Origin: a virus
Length of the DNA stretch: 64,000 nucleotides
Strand: one strand, 5' to 3'
IMG/VR virus record: IMGVR_UViG_3300027708_000021
Within the stretch, counting starts at the first letter, position 1. Each line of letters starts with the position of its first letter. Shown here piece after piece: positions 19,526 to 29,509 of this stretch. The notes beneath the pieces are model-generated. The model searched no databases. It was not told the DNA's origin and saw only the letters and a list, made by a program, of their open reading frames with translations. A program made the translations under genes and the position numbers.

Positions 19526-19552
19526 TTTTAAAGTTTACTTTAAAATATCAAG

Positions 19553-19578
19553 AAAGCACCGCAAGGTGCTTTTTTGTT
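19553..19578 (+). terminator. Intrinsic terminator
   Basis: AAAGCACC-GCAA-GGTGCTTTTTT. Confidence 0.85.
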
Positions 19579-19675
19579 GACTGGATTTTCTAAACATAAG
19601 TAAACATGCTCGTGTAGCAATCTTGTCCTGCATAGGGCGGGACTTGAACGACACACACATACACAGGAGAAAAAC

Positions 19676-19903
19676 ATGAGCAAAACACCTTACGAGATCC
19701 GTCTCGAACTTCTCAAAATGGCTAACGAGATTCTCGCAACGCCAGTCTTCCAAACACGCCAAGCATTAAGCGAAGAATACCATTCCAAGCTAAACGATGC
19801 TAATCGTGGTACGCTTCCTTATCCAACCATGCCAGACTTTCCGTCCAGCACGGATATTGTTAGCAAGGCAGAAGAACTTAAAAAGTTTATAGACCAAGCG
19901 TAA
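19676..19903 (+). CDS. Phage hypothetical protein (KTPYEIRLELL type)
   Basis: 75 aa, RBS AGGAG, own terminator. Confidence 0.75.
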   Translation: MSKTPYEIRLELLKMANEILATPVFQTRQALSEEYHSKLNDANRGTLPYPTMPDFPSSTDIVSKAEELKKFIDQA

Positions 19904-19905
19904 TT

Positions 19906-19930
19906 AAAAAGCCCCGAAAGGGGCTTTTTT
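19906..19930 (+). terminator. Intrinsic (bidirectional-type) terminator
   Basis: AAAAAGCCCC-GAAA-GGGGCTTTTTT. Confidence 0.88.
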
Positions 19931-19967
19931 GTTGGGCTGCTGATTATAGGTTAAATATACCTATATT

Positions 19968-20222
19968 ATGACAATCAATAAAATTACCGAAGTTACCATA
20001 TTTGAAAGCCCCGATGGCGGTCGCACAGTTTACGCTCGACACCCTGGGAGTAGTACAAGAGAATTATATAGTCGCGATCCCAAATTAGTTGAAGAAGAAA
20101 ATGAATTAAAACAACAAGAGCGTTGGCAATATATTTTAGCGGCTAGAAAAAACAATTCAGCAATAGACAACCTTTGCGAACAAGCGGAAATTTTATATGA
20201 ATTGTCCAAAAAGGCATTGTGA
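19968..20222 (+). CDS. Hypothetical protein (IFESPDGGRTVYAR type)
   Basis: 84 aa after a late promoter. Confidence 0.7.
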   Translation: MTINKITEVTIFESPDGGRTVYARHPGSSTRELYSRDPKLVEEENELKQQERWQYILAARKNNSAIDNLCEQAEILYELSKKAL

Positions 20223-20629
20223 AATTTATTTGTAAAACCTTCTTTGATATTACAGCCACAGGTGTAACAGGGCATTATAAATCTTCCCGAGTACCATTTC
20301 GAGATTTAAATGGTACTAATATCGAAAATGAAATATCATGGAATCGTGCTAGAAATCAACAGAGAAATTGGGAGACTATAACTCAACTAATAAGTCTACG
20401 AACACAAATTTCAGAATTACAAAATCCTAAAAAAGATAAAAATACATGGAGTTTTGAATTTGAATCTGAGACTCCATATGCGTTTGGCTCCCAAGAGAAC
20501 CCTACAGAATTGTTATTATCTGACTCAGCAGGTGTTCCAATGCTAGTAGGATTAGGAAATATTAAAAATTTAGCACCATTATTAGTTGTGTCGGGCACTG
20601 ATCAAAATATATGGTTTGACATATTATAA
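20219..20629 (+). CDS. Hypothetical protein
   Basis: 136 aa, GTG start overlapping the previous stop. Confidence 0.7.
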   Translation: MKFICKTFFDITATGVTGHYKSSRVPFRDLNGTNIENEISWNRARNQQRNWETITQLISLRTQISELQNPKKDKNTWSFEFESETPYAFGSQENPTELLLSDSAGVPMLVGLGNIKNLAPLLVVSGTDQNIWFDIL

Positions 20630-20659
20630 TAAATATATGATACTAAAATAGGATAGAAT

Positions 20660-20926
20660 ATGAGCGTCGAAGCCACTGAAATTGAAAAAAAGAGTCTAGA
20701 AGCTCATGTGGAGCTCTGCGCCGAACGCTACAATGCGTTGGAAGATAAAATGACAGCCATGGGTGAGAACATCTCACATCTTTGTGTCATGGTCCAGGAT
20801 GTTAAAGCTAGTGTGAGTAAATTAAATGAAAAAAATACAGATAGACTTATCAGTTGGGGCATTGGTATTATTGGTTGTTTAGGTGCTTCAACTGTCTACC
20901 TTATAACACACTACGTTCTCAAATGA
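20660..20926 (+). CDS. Coiled-coil protein with a C-terminal TM helix (holin/XhlA-like architecture)
   Basis: LEAHVELCAERY coiled coil followed by a hydrophobic helix. Confidence 0.55.
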   Translation: MSVEATEIEKKSLEAHVELCAERYNALEDKMTAMGENISHLCVMVQDVKASVSKLNEKNTDRLISWGIGIIGCLGASTVYLITHYVLK

Positions 20927-21423
20927 TTGACAATACCCAGGAACTCACCAAATTATTTCGTAAAGAATTTCCAGATTTATCTGCTAATCTCATATGGAAA
21001 AATGATGCCGGCGAATACGAAGTATTTGAACGTTATGTAATATCTCCAGAAAAACATGGATATCGAGTATATTGTTCAGCTACAGATGTAGGGTTCTTTA
21101 GTACTACAAAAACAGCATTAAGCTGGTGTATAGCTGACAAATACACATATTATAATTTAGCCCGGGATATACTGACATTAGACAATAAATTAAGCTCATT
21201 AGTTTCAGATATATCCACAAGAGCCAACCTAGCAGACCGTAGTAAACAGCCCTTATTTCGTGAAACTATAGAAACCAAGCTAGAAACCAAGATTATACAC
21301 AAAAAACAGGTGGAGCAGGAATTAACCAAATGCGTCAATTATGCTAAATACTGTCAACAACGAGGATTTAATAATGAAACTGTTCGAACTGGCCGCACCC
21401 AAGCCATCAAAGCAAGCCGCTAA
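20923..21423 (+). CDS. Hypothetical protein
   Basis: ATG overlaps the previous TGA. Confidence 0.65.
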   Translation: MIDNTQELTKLFRKEFPDLSANLIWKNDAGEYEVFERYVISPEKHGYRVYCSATDVGFFSTTKTALSWCIADKYTYYNLARDILTLDNKLSSLVSDISTRANLADRSKQPLFRETIETKLETKIIHKKQVEQELTKCVNYAKYCQQRGFNNETVRTGRTQAIKASR

Positions 21424-22333
21424 GGTATTTGAGAGTTATTTCGGTGACTCTATTAATGTAGACGTTATGTCCGCAAAACAAGCCCGTATGATGTTAAACA
21501 AAGTACGCAAGCTGGTAAACGAACATCGTCAAACATCAGCTTTTCATCACAGCGAAAAGAACCCAGCTTATTTGAAGTTGATGATGATGGAAAGAGTATT
21601 AACTACTAAAGTTAATGAAACTCCTACTGTGGCTGTTGGTTCAACTGCTGGCGCTGACCAAAATCAAAAAGATTCCACATCCGGTATGCCTCCAACTAAT
21701 CCTACTGTAGCTGCCGGCGATGCTGCCAAGAAACAACAACAGCAAGCCCAAGTCAATACCATTAGTGATCCTAAACTTAAATCTGCTATGCAAAAAGCTA
21801 CGCAAGGTCAATCACTAAATCCAGCTGATCAACAATTGGTTGCTCAAGCTGCTCTACAAACAGAAAGCAAACAATTGAGACATAGTTTATATAAGATTCT
21901 TCGTGAATCAGAAGTACAACAAGCACAAGTTGTATTAGCCGCACAGGACATGGTAGACAATGTTCAAAAAATGAGCGAAGAAATTTCAAGTATGCAGTTT
22001 AAAGATTTGCCAGCACTATGCGATCAAATCAAAAATCAAATTGGTGTTGACCAAGCAATGCAGTTCAACACAGATGCGACTGCCGCTCTTGCTGGACTGT
22101 TACAGAACCTACAAGGGGCTAGACAACAATTAGACCAAGCTCTTGGTGTTGTTACTGGTCAAGCTGCTCCTAGTATTCCTGGCCAAGAAGAAATGGATGC
22201 TGACCTAGGTGCTGAGATGGGTGCCGATGTTGGTGCTGATTTAGGTGTCGAGATGGGCGCCGAAGAACTTCCACCAGAAGAACCAGAAGCTCCTGAAATG
22301 GGTGGCGCAGGCTTAGGTCGCGCTAAACGCTAA
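21374..22333 (+). CDS. Putative prohead core/scaffold-type protein
   Basis: MKLFEL start, internal VNE/LRE sites, coiled coil, acidic Gly/Pro tail. Confidence 0.5.
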   Translation: MKLFELAAPKPSKQAAKVFESYFGDSINVDVMSAKQARMMLNKVRKLVNEHRQTSAFHHSEKNPAYLKLMMMERVLTTKVNETPTVAVGSTAGADQNQKDSTSGMPPTNPTVAAGDAAKKQQQQAQVNTISDPKLKSAMQKATQGQSLNPADQQLVAQAALQTESKQLRHSLYKILRESEVQQAQVVLAAQDMVDNVQKMSEEISSMQFKDLPALCDQIKNQIGVDQAMQFNTDATAALAGLLQNLQGARQQLDQALGVVTGQAAPSIPGQEEMDADLGAEMGADVGADLGVEMGAEELPPEEPEAPEMGGAGLGRAKR

Positions 22334-22687
22334 ATGTTAATCTTTGAAGTAGAAAATCCAGAAACCGTCGACTCCGGTAAGCTCATGTCATTGACTCAAT
22401 TCCTTGCCGGCCGTGCCGGAGACACTGATTCAAAGAAACAAATTTCCACACAGGCATTTATTGATTTAGCACAAAGTCTCGGAGTTAATGTTACTACCGA
22501 TACATTGGGTGATTTAATTGCCAAAGATCCTCTGAAGAATGTACTACTCCCATACGAACCAAATTCAGGGGTAGTTAAATTTAAAGGCAATGACGAGCCC
22601 GGTGAACAGCCAATGGACACTGATCAAGCAGAAAAAGTAGTAAGTTCAAACGCCAAAGCCGCTATGAAACGCGGATTATCTAAATAA
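22334..22687 (+). CDS. Hypothetical head-associated protein
   Basis: MLIFEV start; in operon with the previous gene. Confidence 0.6.
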   Translation: MLIFEVENPETVDSGKLMSLTQFLAGRAGDTDSKKQISTQAFIDLAQSLGVNVTTDTLGDLIAKDPLKNVLLPYEPNSGVVKFKGNDEPGEQPMDTDQAEKVVSSNAKAAMKRGLSK

Positions 22688-22705
22688 ATCAATGCTATAC
22701 AGTAG

Positions 22706-22734
22706 TTGACAAACAATTCGAAACTAAGTACAAT
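22706..22734 (+). promoter_or_regulatory. Sigma70-type promoter
   Basis: TTGACA-17-TACAAT. Confidence 0.75.
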
Positions 22735-22763
22735 TAAGTTAGTATCATAAAAGGAGAGTCAAA

Positions 22764-23048
22764 ATGAAAAAGATTCTAGTAATAGTATTATTAGCATTAT
22801 CAACCACTTCGATGGCGCACGGGTATCACGGCGGATATTATTATAATAATAATCAGTGGGTAGGCCCTGCGGTAGCTGGAGTAGTAATCGGCGGTTTGGC
22901 CGCAAGAGCATATTACACACCTCCTCCAGTTTATGTTCAGCAACCGCAGGTAATTTACATTCAGCAATCTATTCCTCCTGGATATGTTCAACAACAGATT
23001 TTAGATGCTAATTGTAATTGTTATCGTACAGTACTGGTACCACAATAA
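22764..23048 (+). CDS. Small exported Pro/Val/Tyr-rich protein
   Basis: Signal peptide, glycine-zipper-like helix, PPPVYV repeats. Confidence 0.65.
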   Translation: MKKILVIVLLALSTTSMAHGYHGGYYYNNNQWVGPAVAGVVIGGLAARAYYTPPPVYVQQPQVIYIQQSIPPGYVQQQILDANCNCYRTVLVPQ

Positions 23049-23422
23049 TGGCTTACTCAGATAAGGTAATCGATCACTATGAAAATCCAAGAAATGTTGG
23101 TAAGATGGATGCCACTGATAGCAGTATCGGCACCGGTGTTGTCGGTGCACCTGCTTGCGGTGATGTCATGCGTTTACAAATAAAGGTAGAAGATGGAATT
23201 ATTACGGACGCCAAGTTCAAAACGTATGGCTGTGGGTCGGCGATCGCTTCGAGCTCACTTGTCACGGAGTGGGTCAAGGGCAAAACGCTGGAGCAGGCTG
23301 GATCAATTAAGAATGCTGAAATTGCAGAGGAACTCTGTCTCCCGCCGGTTAAGATTCATTGTTCAATCCTTGCGGAAGACGCTATTAAGGCGGCAATAGA
23401 AGATTACATAAAAAAACAATGA
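23048..23422 (+). CDS. iscU: Fe-S cluster scaffold IscU
   Basis: MAYSDKVIDHYENPRNVG, GAPACGD, GCGSAIASSS, LPPVKIHC. Confidence 0.95.
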   Translation: MAYSDKVIDHYENPRNVGKMDATDSSIGTGVVGAPACGDVMRLQIKVEDGIITDAKFKTYGCGSAIASSSLVTEWVKGKTLEQAGSIKNAEIAEELCLPPVKIHCSILAEDAIKAAIEDYIKKQ

Positions 23423-23739
23423 TTACTGTTACAGATACAGCCGCTAAAAAAATTAAAACCAATATAGAAAAACGAGGCAAAGGCATTGCCGTCCGTATAG
23501 GTGTTAGAACCACCGGATGTTCGGGCCTTGCTTATATAATGGAATATGTAGACGAGCTTACTATCGATGATATTTTGCTTTCAGATAATGGCGCTGTAAT
23601 TGTAGTGGATCCAAAATCTTTACCTATGGTAGCTGGTATCACCGTAGATTATGTTAGACAAGGTCTTAACGAAGGTTTTGAATTTATCAACCCATTGGAA
23701 AAAGACCGTTGCGGATGCGGCGAGTCCTTTCGGATATAA
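23419..23739 (+). CDS. iscA: Fe-S cluster carrier IscA
   Basis: TTGCSGLAY and CGCGESF. Confidence 0.93.
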   Translation: MITVTDTAAKKIKTNIEKRGKGIAVRIGVRTTGCSGLAYIMEYVDELTIDDILLSDNGAVIVVDPKSLPMVAGITVDYVRQGLNEGFEFINPLEKDRCGCGESFRI

Positions 23740-23780
23740 CAAGGTTGACAACCTCATAGTAGGTTGCTATACTAGATACA

Positions 23781-24494
23781 ATGTACAATCCAAAATTTGC
23801 GTATCACGAATTATCCCGCACAAGCGAAGAAGGTCGCCGCTTATATCTTACTCCAGATGGTAAAAAGGTTCCTAGTGTAACTACAATTCTTAGTGCCACT
23901 GAACCAAAAGAGAAAAAAGAAGCACTACAAAACTGGCGCAAGCGAGTTGGTGTAGACAAAGCTCAAGCAATTACTACAGAAGCCGCTAATCGTGGTACAC
24001 GCATGCACACGTACCTAGAGCGTTATATTAAAGAAGGCGCCATGCCAGATAAAGGCTCAAACCCGTTTGGATGGGCAAGCCACGCTATGGCCGAAACTGT
24101 TATCCGAGATGGTCTTAAAAATGTTGATGAATTGTGGGGGGTAGAAATTCCATTATTTTTTCCTAGTTTATATGCGGGTACCACCGATGGGTGTGGCATT
24201 CACATGGGCGACGAAAGTATTATTGATTATAAACAAACTAATAAACCTAAAAAAGCTGAATGGATTCAAGATTATTATCTTCAGCTGGTAGCATACGCAT
24301 TAGCGCATAATGAGGTTTACAAAACTAACATTCGCAAAGGCGTAGTGTTGATGTGTGTTAAACCTGAAACTGACTTAATGGGCAATTTGATTACAGACCC
24401 GCAATATCAAGAATTTACACTAGAACCCAGCGATTTTGACTACTGGGAGCAAGAGTGGTGGAAACGATTGGAGCTCTACTACACGATTAGCTAA
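23781..24494 (+). CDS. PD-(D/E)XK exonuclease
   Basis: VPSVTTIL, RGTRMH, E..L, YAGTTD, IIDYKQ, QLVAYALA; promoter 23745-23773. Confidence 0.85.
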   Translation: MYNPKFAYHELSRTSEEGRRLYLTPDGKKVPSVTTILSATEPKEKKEALQNWRKRVGVDKAQAITTEAANRGTRMHTYLERYIKEGAMPDKGSNPFGWASHAMAETVIRDGLKNVDELWGVEIPLFFPSLYAGTTDGCGIHMGDESIIDYKQTNKPKKAEWIQDYYLQLVAYALAHNEVYKTNIRKGVVLMCVKPETDLMGNLITDPQYQEFTLEPSDFDYWEQEWWKRLELYYTIS

Positions 24495-24520
24495 ATACTG
24501 TATAATAAGGAATACAGTAA

Positions 24521-26107
24521 ATGGCTATTGTCCAAATCTCACAGATTACTAACCGCTTAGGTTTAAACACAGATTTACCCCAATTAGCGGGTGCTGAATT
24601 AGGCTGGTCCACTGATACTCGTCAGCTTTACATCGGTAACGGTACTTTAGAGCAAGGCGCTCCTGTTATCGGAAATACTGAAATTTTAACAGAATTTTCA
24701 GATATTTTAAATTTGGCAACGGCATATACCTATAAAGGGACGGCTGCAGGATATACTGTACAAACAGGTCCAGCACCTGGAACTCCAATTACATTAAGTT
24801 TACAGAATTGGCTCGATCAGTTTGCTACAGTAAAAGATTTTGGTGCTAAAGGCGATGGCCTAACCGATGATACTGACGCAATTAATCGTGCGTTAAATCA
24901 GTTATATTGCCAACAAAATAATGTGCAAATTCGCCGTTCATTATTTTTTCCAGCTGGAAAATATATTGTAAGCGATACTATCGATATTCCTCCATATGCT
25001 ACACTATATGGTGAAGGCCCAGAAAATTCTATTATACAAATGATCGATGGCGGTGCTGGAACTTGTGTAGCACAAACAGCAGATAGCTTGCAACAAACTG
25101 GTGTTAACATAGGTAGTGGCGGAGCAACTCCTCCCACCGACATTAATATTATTAACATGGCTTTTCAGAGTTTAGATGATTCAAAAAATATATTTTTAGT
25201 TGAATCAGCTACCAATTGCGAATTTCAAGGTGTAAGTTTTATAGGTCCTGGGACTACTAGTAGTTTAATCAATGACGCTTTAAACACTAGTGGAGTGCTA
25301 GTTGGCAGTTCTATGTTAACTACTAATAATATTTTACTCAACGGCTGTAGATTTAATGGTACCACTTATGGGGTCAGCTCTAACGACCAAATGAAAGGTG
25401 TAACCATTGCTAATTCTAATTTTAATATTTTATTCGAAGGGGTAGCATTAGGCACTGGAATTCTTATTGGCAGTGGCCCAACCGGAACCCGCATTACAAA
25501 TAATGTATTTGACAACATATACGATGCTGGTATTACTTTTGGGAACATTAGCCTTAATGCTACTGGTTATAATATTTTCTACGATGTTGGTAATCAGTTC
25601 AACGGAGTCGCAAACCCGTACTCGCCAGTAATTATATTTGACGGCAACAATAATGCTAGTATTGGTGATATGTTTGAGCGTACAGATGCTTATGCTGAAA
25701 TTCATCCAAGAGTTGATTTAAACGGGACACAAAGCATTGCTTCTACTAACGGTAGTCAATTACAATTAGGCGCTTATACTAGACAATCAGGAATAACCAC
25801 TACACTATTAGATAACCAATCGTCGGCTCAGACAATCTTTACAGTAAGTCCTTTGACTTCTCGGGCGTTTGTTGTTAACTATACAATAATTCGTACCGAA
25901 GGTTATCGCACTGGTAGTTTAATTGTAACATCCATGGGGACTTCGACTACGGTTCAATACATGGATGATTATGTTGAAAGTGAAATTACTGGTATTAATT
26001 TGAGTGTGATCCAAATTGCCGAAGGCGATGTTATGTCAATTCAATATACTTCAACATCGACAGGCGAGGCGGCCCAGATGCGTTATTCTATTTCTTATCT
26101 TAATTAA
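24521..26107 (+). CDS. Tail/baseplate protein with Mtd_N-like N-terminus and pectate-lyase-like beta-helix
   Basis: LPQLAGAELGWSTDTRQLYIGNG; VKDFGAKGDGLTDDTDAINRA; FFPAGKY. Confidence 0.8.
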   Translation: MAIVQISQITNRLGLNTDLPQLAGAELGWSTDTRQLYIGNGTLEQGAPVIGNTEILTEFSDILNLATAYTYKGTAAGYTVQTGPAPGTPITLSLQNWLDQFATVKDFGAKGDGLTDDTDAINRALNQLYCQQNNVQIRRSLFFPAGKYIVSDTIDIPPYATLYGEGPENSIIQMIDGGAGTCVAQTADSLQQTGVNIGSGGATPPTDINIINMAFQSLDDSKNIFLVESATNCEFQGVSFIGPGTTSSLINDALNTSGVLVGSSMLTTNNILLNGCRFNGTTYGVSSNDQMKGVTIANSNFNILFEGVALGTGILIGSGPTGTRITNNVFDNIYDAGITFGNISLNATGYNIFYDVGNQFNGVANPYSPVIIFDGNNNASIGDMFERTDAYAEIHPRVDLNGTQSIASTNGSQLQLGAYTRQSGITTTLLDNQSSAQTIFTVSPLTSRAFVVNYTIIRTEGYRTGSLIVTSMGTSTTVQYMDDYVESEITGINLSVIQIAEGDVMSIQYTSTSTGEAAQMRYSISYLN

Positions 26108-26517
26108 TGTGGCAAAAAAACTTTGTCGATAGGTTAGAAGCCTGGGCAGAACTACGCACTCAAGCTCAGGAACTATCTTTGGAAGAAGCTCTCCAACTTG
26201 TCAATAGTTGGTGGCACCAATCTCCATGGCAACCGTATTACTTACATTGGGATGATCAGCCAAAATGGCCGGATCCATGGCAACTTTTGAATGATAATGT
26301 CTATTGTGATCTTGCTCGCGGGCTCGGAATACTATATACTGTAAGTATGTTGAACCATAAAGATTTGACATCGTATGAGCTGGTTTTGACTGAGGATGGC
26401 CGTAATTTAGTCTTGATTAACAAAGTAAAATATACACTTAATTGGGACGATATAGTCTTAGTAAATACTCCACTAGTTGGTAAAGCAAAAAAACGATTTA
26501 TCAACGCTACCATATAA
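26107..26517 (+). CDS. Transglutaminase-like cysteine peptidase-like protein
   Basis: LVNSWW...WPDPWQLL...YCDLARGLG resembles the BTLCP core. Confidence 0.45.
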   Translation: MWQKNFVDRLEAWAELRTQAQELSLEEALQLVNSWWHQSPWQPYYLHWDDQPKWPDPWQLLNDNVYCDLARGLGILYTVSMLNHKDLTSYELVLTEDGRNLVLINKVKYTLNWDDIVLVNTPLVGKAKKRFINATI

Positions 26518-26558
26518 TAGAAGTATAAGTAGTAAACAAATAATAAAACGAGAGTTAG

Positions 26559-28877
26559 ATGACGCAAATTACAGTAGTTAAAAGAAGCGGCGCAAAAGAG
26601 CCACTACACATTGACAAGTGGCAGGCACAGGTTGCTAAAGTATGTCAAGGTATTGCTGATGTAAGTCAGTCAATGATTGAAATCAAAGCACAATTACATT
26701 TTTATGATGGTATCACAACAAAAGAAATTGACGGAATTACTTTACGAGCTATTGTAGATCTTATTGATATTGAAAGTAATCCAGACATTGGTCATACTAA
26801 CTATCAATTTGTGGCAGGCAAACAACGATTAAGCATGTTGCGTAAAGATGTATATGGTTCCTACGAACCTCCACATTTATACGAAATTGTAAAAAGGAAT
26901 GTAGCTACTGGCCTTTATACTCCAGAACTTCTTGAATGGTACACAGAAGACGACTGGAACAAGATGAATGATATGCTCGACCACGAGAAAGACGAAGGAT
27001 ACAGTTATGCAGCTATTGAACAACTTATTGAAAAATATTTGGTACGAAACCGAGCTACAAAAGAAATTTATGAAACTCCGCAAATTAGATACATTATTGC
27101 GGCAGCTACAGTCTTTCATAAAGAAGAGCCGAATAGCGCAAGAATGCGTTACATTAAAGAATATTATACAGCGGCATCCGATGGTTTGTTTACTCTTGCT
27201 ACACCTGTCTTGGCTGGGCTTGGCACTCTTACTAAACAGTTTTCTAGTTGTGTGCTTATCCGCAGTGACGACAATCTGGATAGCATATTTGCTTCTGGAG
27301 AGATGATGGCCAAGTATGCCGCTAAAAGAGCCGGCATAGGTTTAGAAATAGGTCGGTTACGACCATTAGGCAGTCCTATCCGTGGCGGTGAAGTTATGCA
27401 TACTGGCATGGTACCTTTCCTTAAAAAATGGTTTGGTGATTTAAGAAGTTGTTCGCAAGGAGGAATTCGCAATGCTTCTGCTACTGTGTTTTATCCAATT
27501 TGGCACTATCAGTTTGACGATCTTATTGTACTCAAGAACAATCAAGGAACTGATGAAACCCGTGTAAGATTTATGGACTATGGTGTTGTAATGTCTGCTT
27601 TCTTTTGGAGACGTTTTAAGAATAAAGAAAATATTACATTCTTTGATCCTAATGAGGTACCTGACTTATACGAAGCATTTTATCAAAATACAGAACTATT
27701 CGAAGAGCTGTACGTGAAATATGAAAAGCGTAAGGACTTACGCAAAAAAATAATGAACGCCGAAGATGTATTCAAAGGCGGCATATTAAAAGAGCGCACT
27801 GACACAGGCCGTATCTATCTTGTGTTTATTGACAATGTTCAGAGTCAAGGTCCGTTTGATCCTGAATTCCATACCATTTACCAGAGTAACCTTTGTTGTG
27901 AAATACTTCTTCCTACTAAATCCTTTAAACGTCTGGATGACAGCGATGGTCGTATCGCTCTTTGTACGTTGGGCTCCATCAATTGGGGAGCTTTCCGTAA
28001 TCCAGAAGACATGCGGCGTGCTTGTCGTATACTCCAGCGTAGCCTGTGTAATATTTTGGACTACCAAGATTTTCTTTCCATTCAGTCACAGTTAAGCAAT
28101 GATGAAATACAGCCCTTAGGCATTGGCATCACTAACTTAGCCTACTGGCATGCCAAACGTAGTTTGAAGTATGGCGAGAAAGATGCTCTTGCTGAAGTTA
28201 AATCTTGGATGGAACATCAAGCCTACTACTTAACAGAAGCCACAGTGGAACTTGCTAAAGAACGCGGTCCTTGCTTACATTCAGATAAAACACGCTATGG
28301 GCAAGGTACATTCCCTTGGGAACTTCGTGCCAAGGCAGTCAACGAGTTAGCTGATTTTACTCCTGAACTCGACTGGGAAACCCTTCGTGTCAATATGAAA
28401 GAGTACGGAGTACGCAATGGGACATTAATGGCTGTAGCCCCAGTAGAATCAAGTAGTGTTGTTATTAATAGTACAAATGGAATTGAATTGCCAATGAGTT
28501 TAATTACTGTTAAAGAAAGTAAAGCAGGAAGTTTAATTCAAGTAGCGCCCGAGTATAATAAATTAAAGAATAAATATCAATTGATGTGGGAACAGAAGGA
28601 TTGCGATGGTTATCTTAAGACTGCCAGTGTATTAGCCGCTTATGTAGACCAGAGTATCTCAACTAACACTTTCTATAATCCTGCTCACTTTCCAGATAGA
28701 AAAGTACCAACTACATTAATTGCTAAAAATTTAATGTCAGCACATAGGTGGGGATTAAAAACTTTCTACTATAGTTTGATCAACAAACAAGGTAGTAAAG
28801 GTCAAGACGAAGTAGAAGAAAAATTAGAAGTGATAGATTTTGACGATCAAGAAGATTGTGAAGCTTGTAAATTATAG
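26559..28877 (+). CDS. nrdA: Class Ia ribonucleotide reductase alpha subunit with ATP cone
   Basis: VVKRSG ATP cone, QFSSC, SNLCCEI, KTFYY, C-terminal CEAC. Confidence 0.96.
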   Translation: MTQITVVKRSGAKEPLHIDKWQAQVAKVCQGIADVSQSMIEIKAQLHFYDGITTKEIDGITLRAIVDLIDIESNPDIGHTNYQFVAGKQRLSMLRKDVYGSYEPPHLYEIVKRNVATGLYTPELLEWYTEDDWNKMNDMLDHEKDEGYSYAAIEQLIEKYLVRNRATKEIYETPQIRYIIAAATVFHKEEPNSARMRYIKEYYTAASDGLFTLATPVLAGLGTLTKQFSSCVLIRSDDNLDSIFASGEMMAKYAAKRAGIGLEIGRLRPLGSPIRGGEVMHTGMVPFLKKWFGDLRSCSQGGIRNASATVFYPIWHYQFDDLIVLKNNQGTDETRVRFMDYGVVMSAFFWRRFKNKENITFFDPNEVPDLYEAFYQNTELFEELYVKYEKRKDLRKKIMNAEDVFKGGILKERTDTGRIYLVFIDNVQSQGPFDPEFHTIYQSNLCCEILLPTKSFKRLDDSDGRIALCTLGSINWGAFRNPEDMRRACRILQRSLCNILDYQDFLSIQSQLSNDEIQPLGIGITNLAYWHAKRSLKYGEKDALAEVKSWMEHQAYYLTEATVELAKERGPCLHSDKTRYGQGTFPWELRAKAVNELADFTPELDWETLRVNMKEYGVRNGTLMAVAPVESSSVVINSTNGIELPMSLITVKESKAGSLIQVAPEYNKLKNKYQLMWEQKDCDGYLKTASVLAAYVDQSISTNTFYNPAHFPDRKVPTTLIAKNLMSAHRWGLKTFYYSLINKQGSKGQDEVEEKLEVIDFDDQEDCEACKL

Positions 28878-28886
28878 AAAGAAAAA

Positions 28887-29498
28887 ATGAAAAAAATATT
28901 ATTAGTATTAGTTGGGGTAGTAGTATTGGCGCTAGCAGCATACGCCTTATATACAAAATTTAGTATTTCCGATAAAGCACAATCAAAGTCTACATCTGGA
29001 TTAACAGTATGTGATGGTAAGTATGCCCTATGCGCCGCATCAACTTGTAAGGTTACAGGCAAGATGATTACTGGTAATAATGGCACTCCTTATCCCGAGG
29101 TAGAATGTCGTTGCCCTATTCTCGAAGGTCGTGCTATTGCTGATACCAAAGCTGGTAACATGGCAGGTAGTTGTACGCCAACAGATAGTCAACATGTATG
29201 GAGTTTATTTGCTCCTAAGTTATACTATCCACAGGAAGCTAGTAACTTTAGTAACAAGCCAAAAGACATGAAAGCCACAGTTCAAAAATGTGATGCAAGT
29301 TTGAATCTAGGTGACAAAGCCAGTAACTGTTTCAGTTGGAATTGTAAGATCGGTGCCGATGGTATAGCTATATGTTCATGCCCTACAGGACAAGTGGCCG
29401 CCGCTACTACATTCTTAACCGAAGCTGGGCAAGGTAATCCAGATGCTTGTAGTCAGTACCCTGTAAGTTTACCGATACAAAACCCACCAGGTAATTAA
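28887..29498 (+). CDS. Exported/membrane-anchored Cys-rich protein
   Basis: N-terminal hydrophobic helix; 12 Cys in 203 aa. Confidence 0.75.
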   Translation: MKKILLVLVGVVVLALAAYALYTKFSISDKAQSKSTSGLTVCDGKYALCAASTCKVTGKMITGNNGTPYPEVECRCPILEGRAIADTKAGNMAGSCTPTDSQHVWSLFAPKLYYPQEASNFSNKPKDMKATVQKCDASLNLGDKASNCFSWNCKIGADGIAICSCPTGQVAAATTFLTEAGQGNPDACSQYPVSLPIQNPPGN

Positions 29499-29509
29499 AG
29501 GAAAATAAA

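Noticed and set aside
23781-24494. Nuclease as Cas4 of a CRISPR system
   Set aside because: PD-(D/E)XK motifs present but no four-Cys Fe-S set, array or other cas genes; ordinary phage exonuclease
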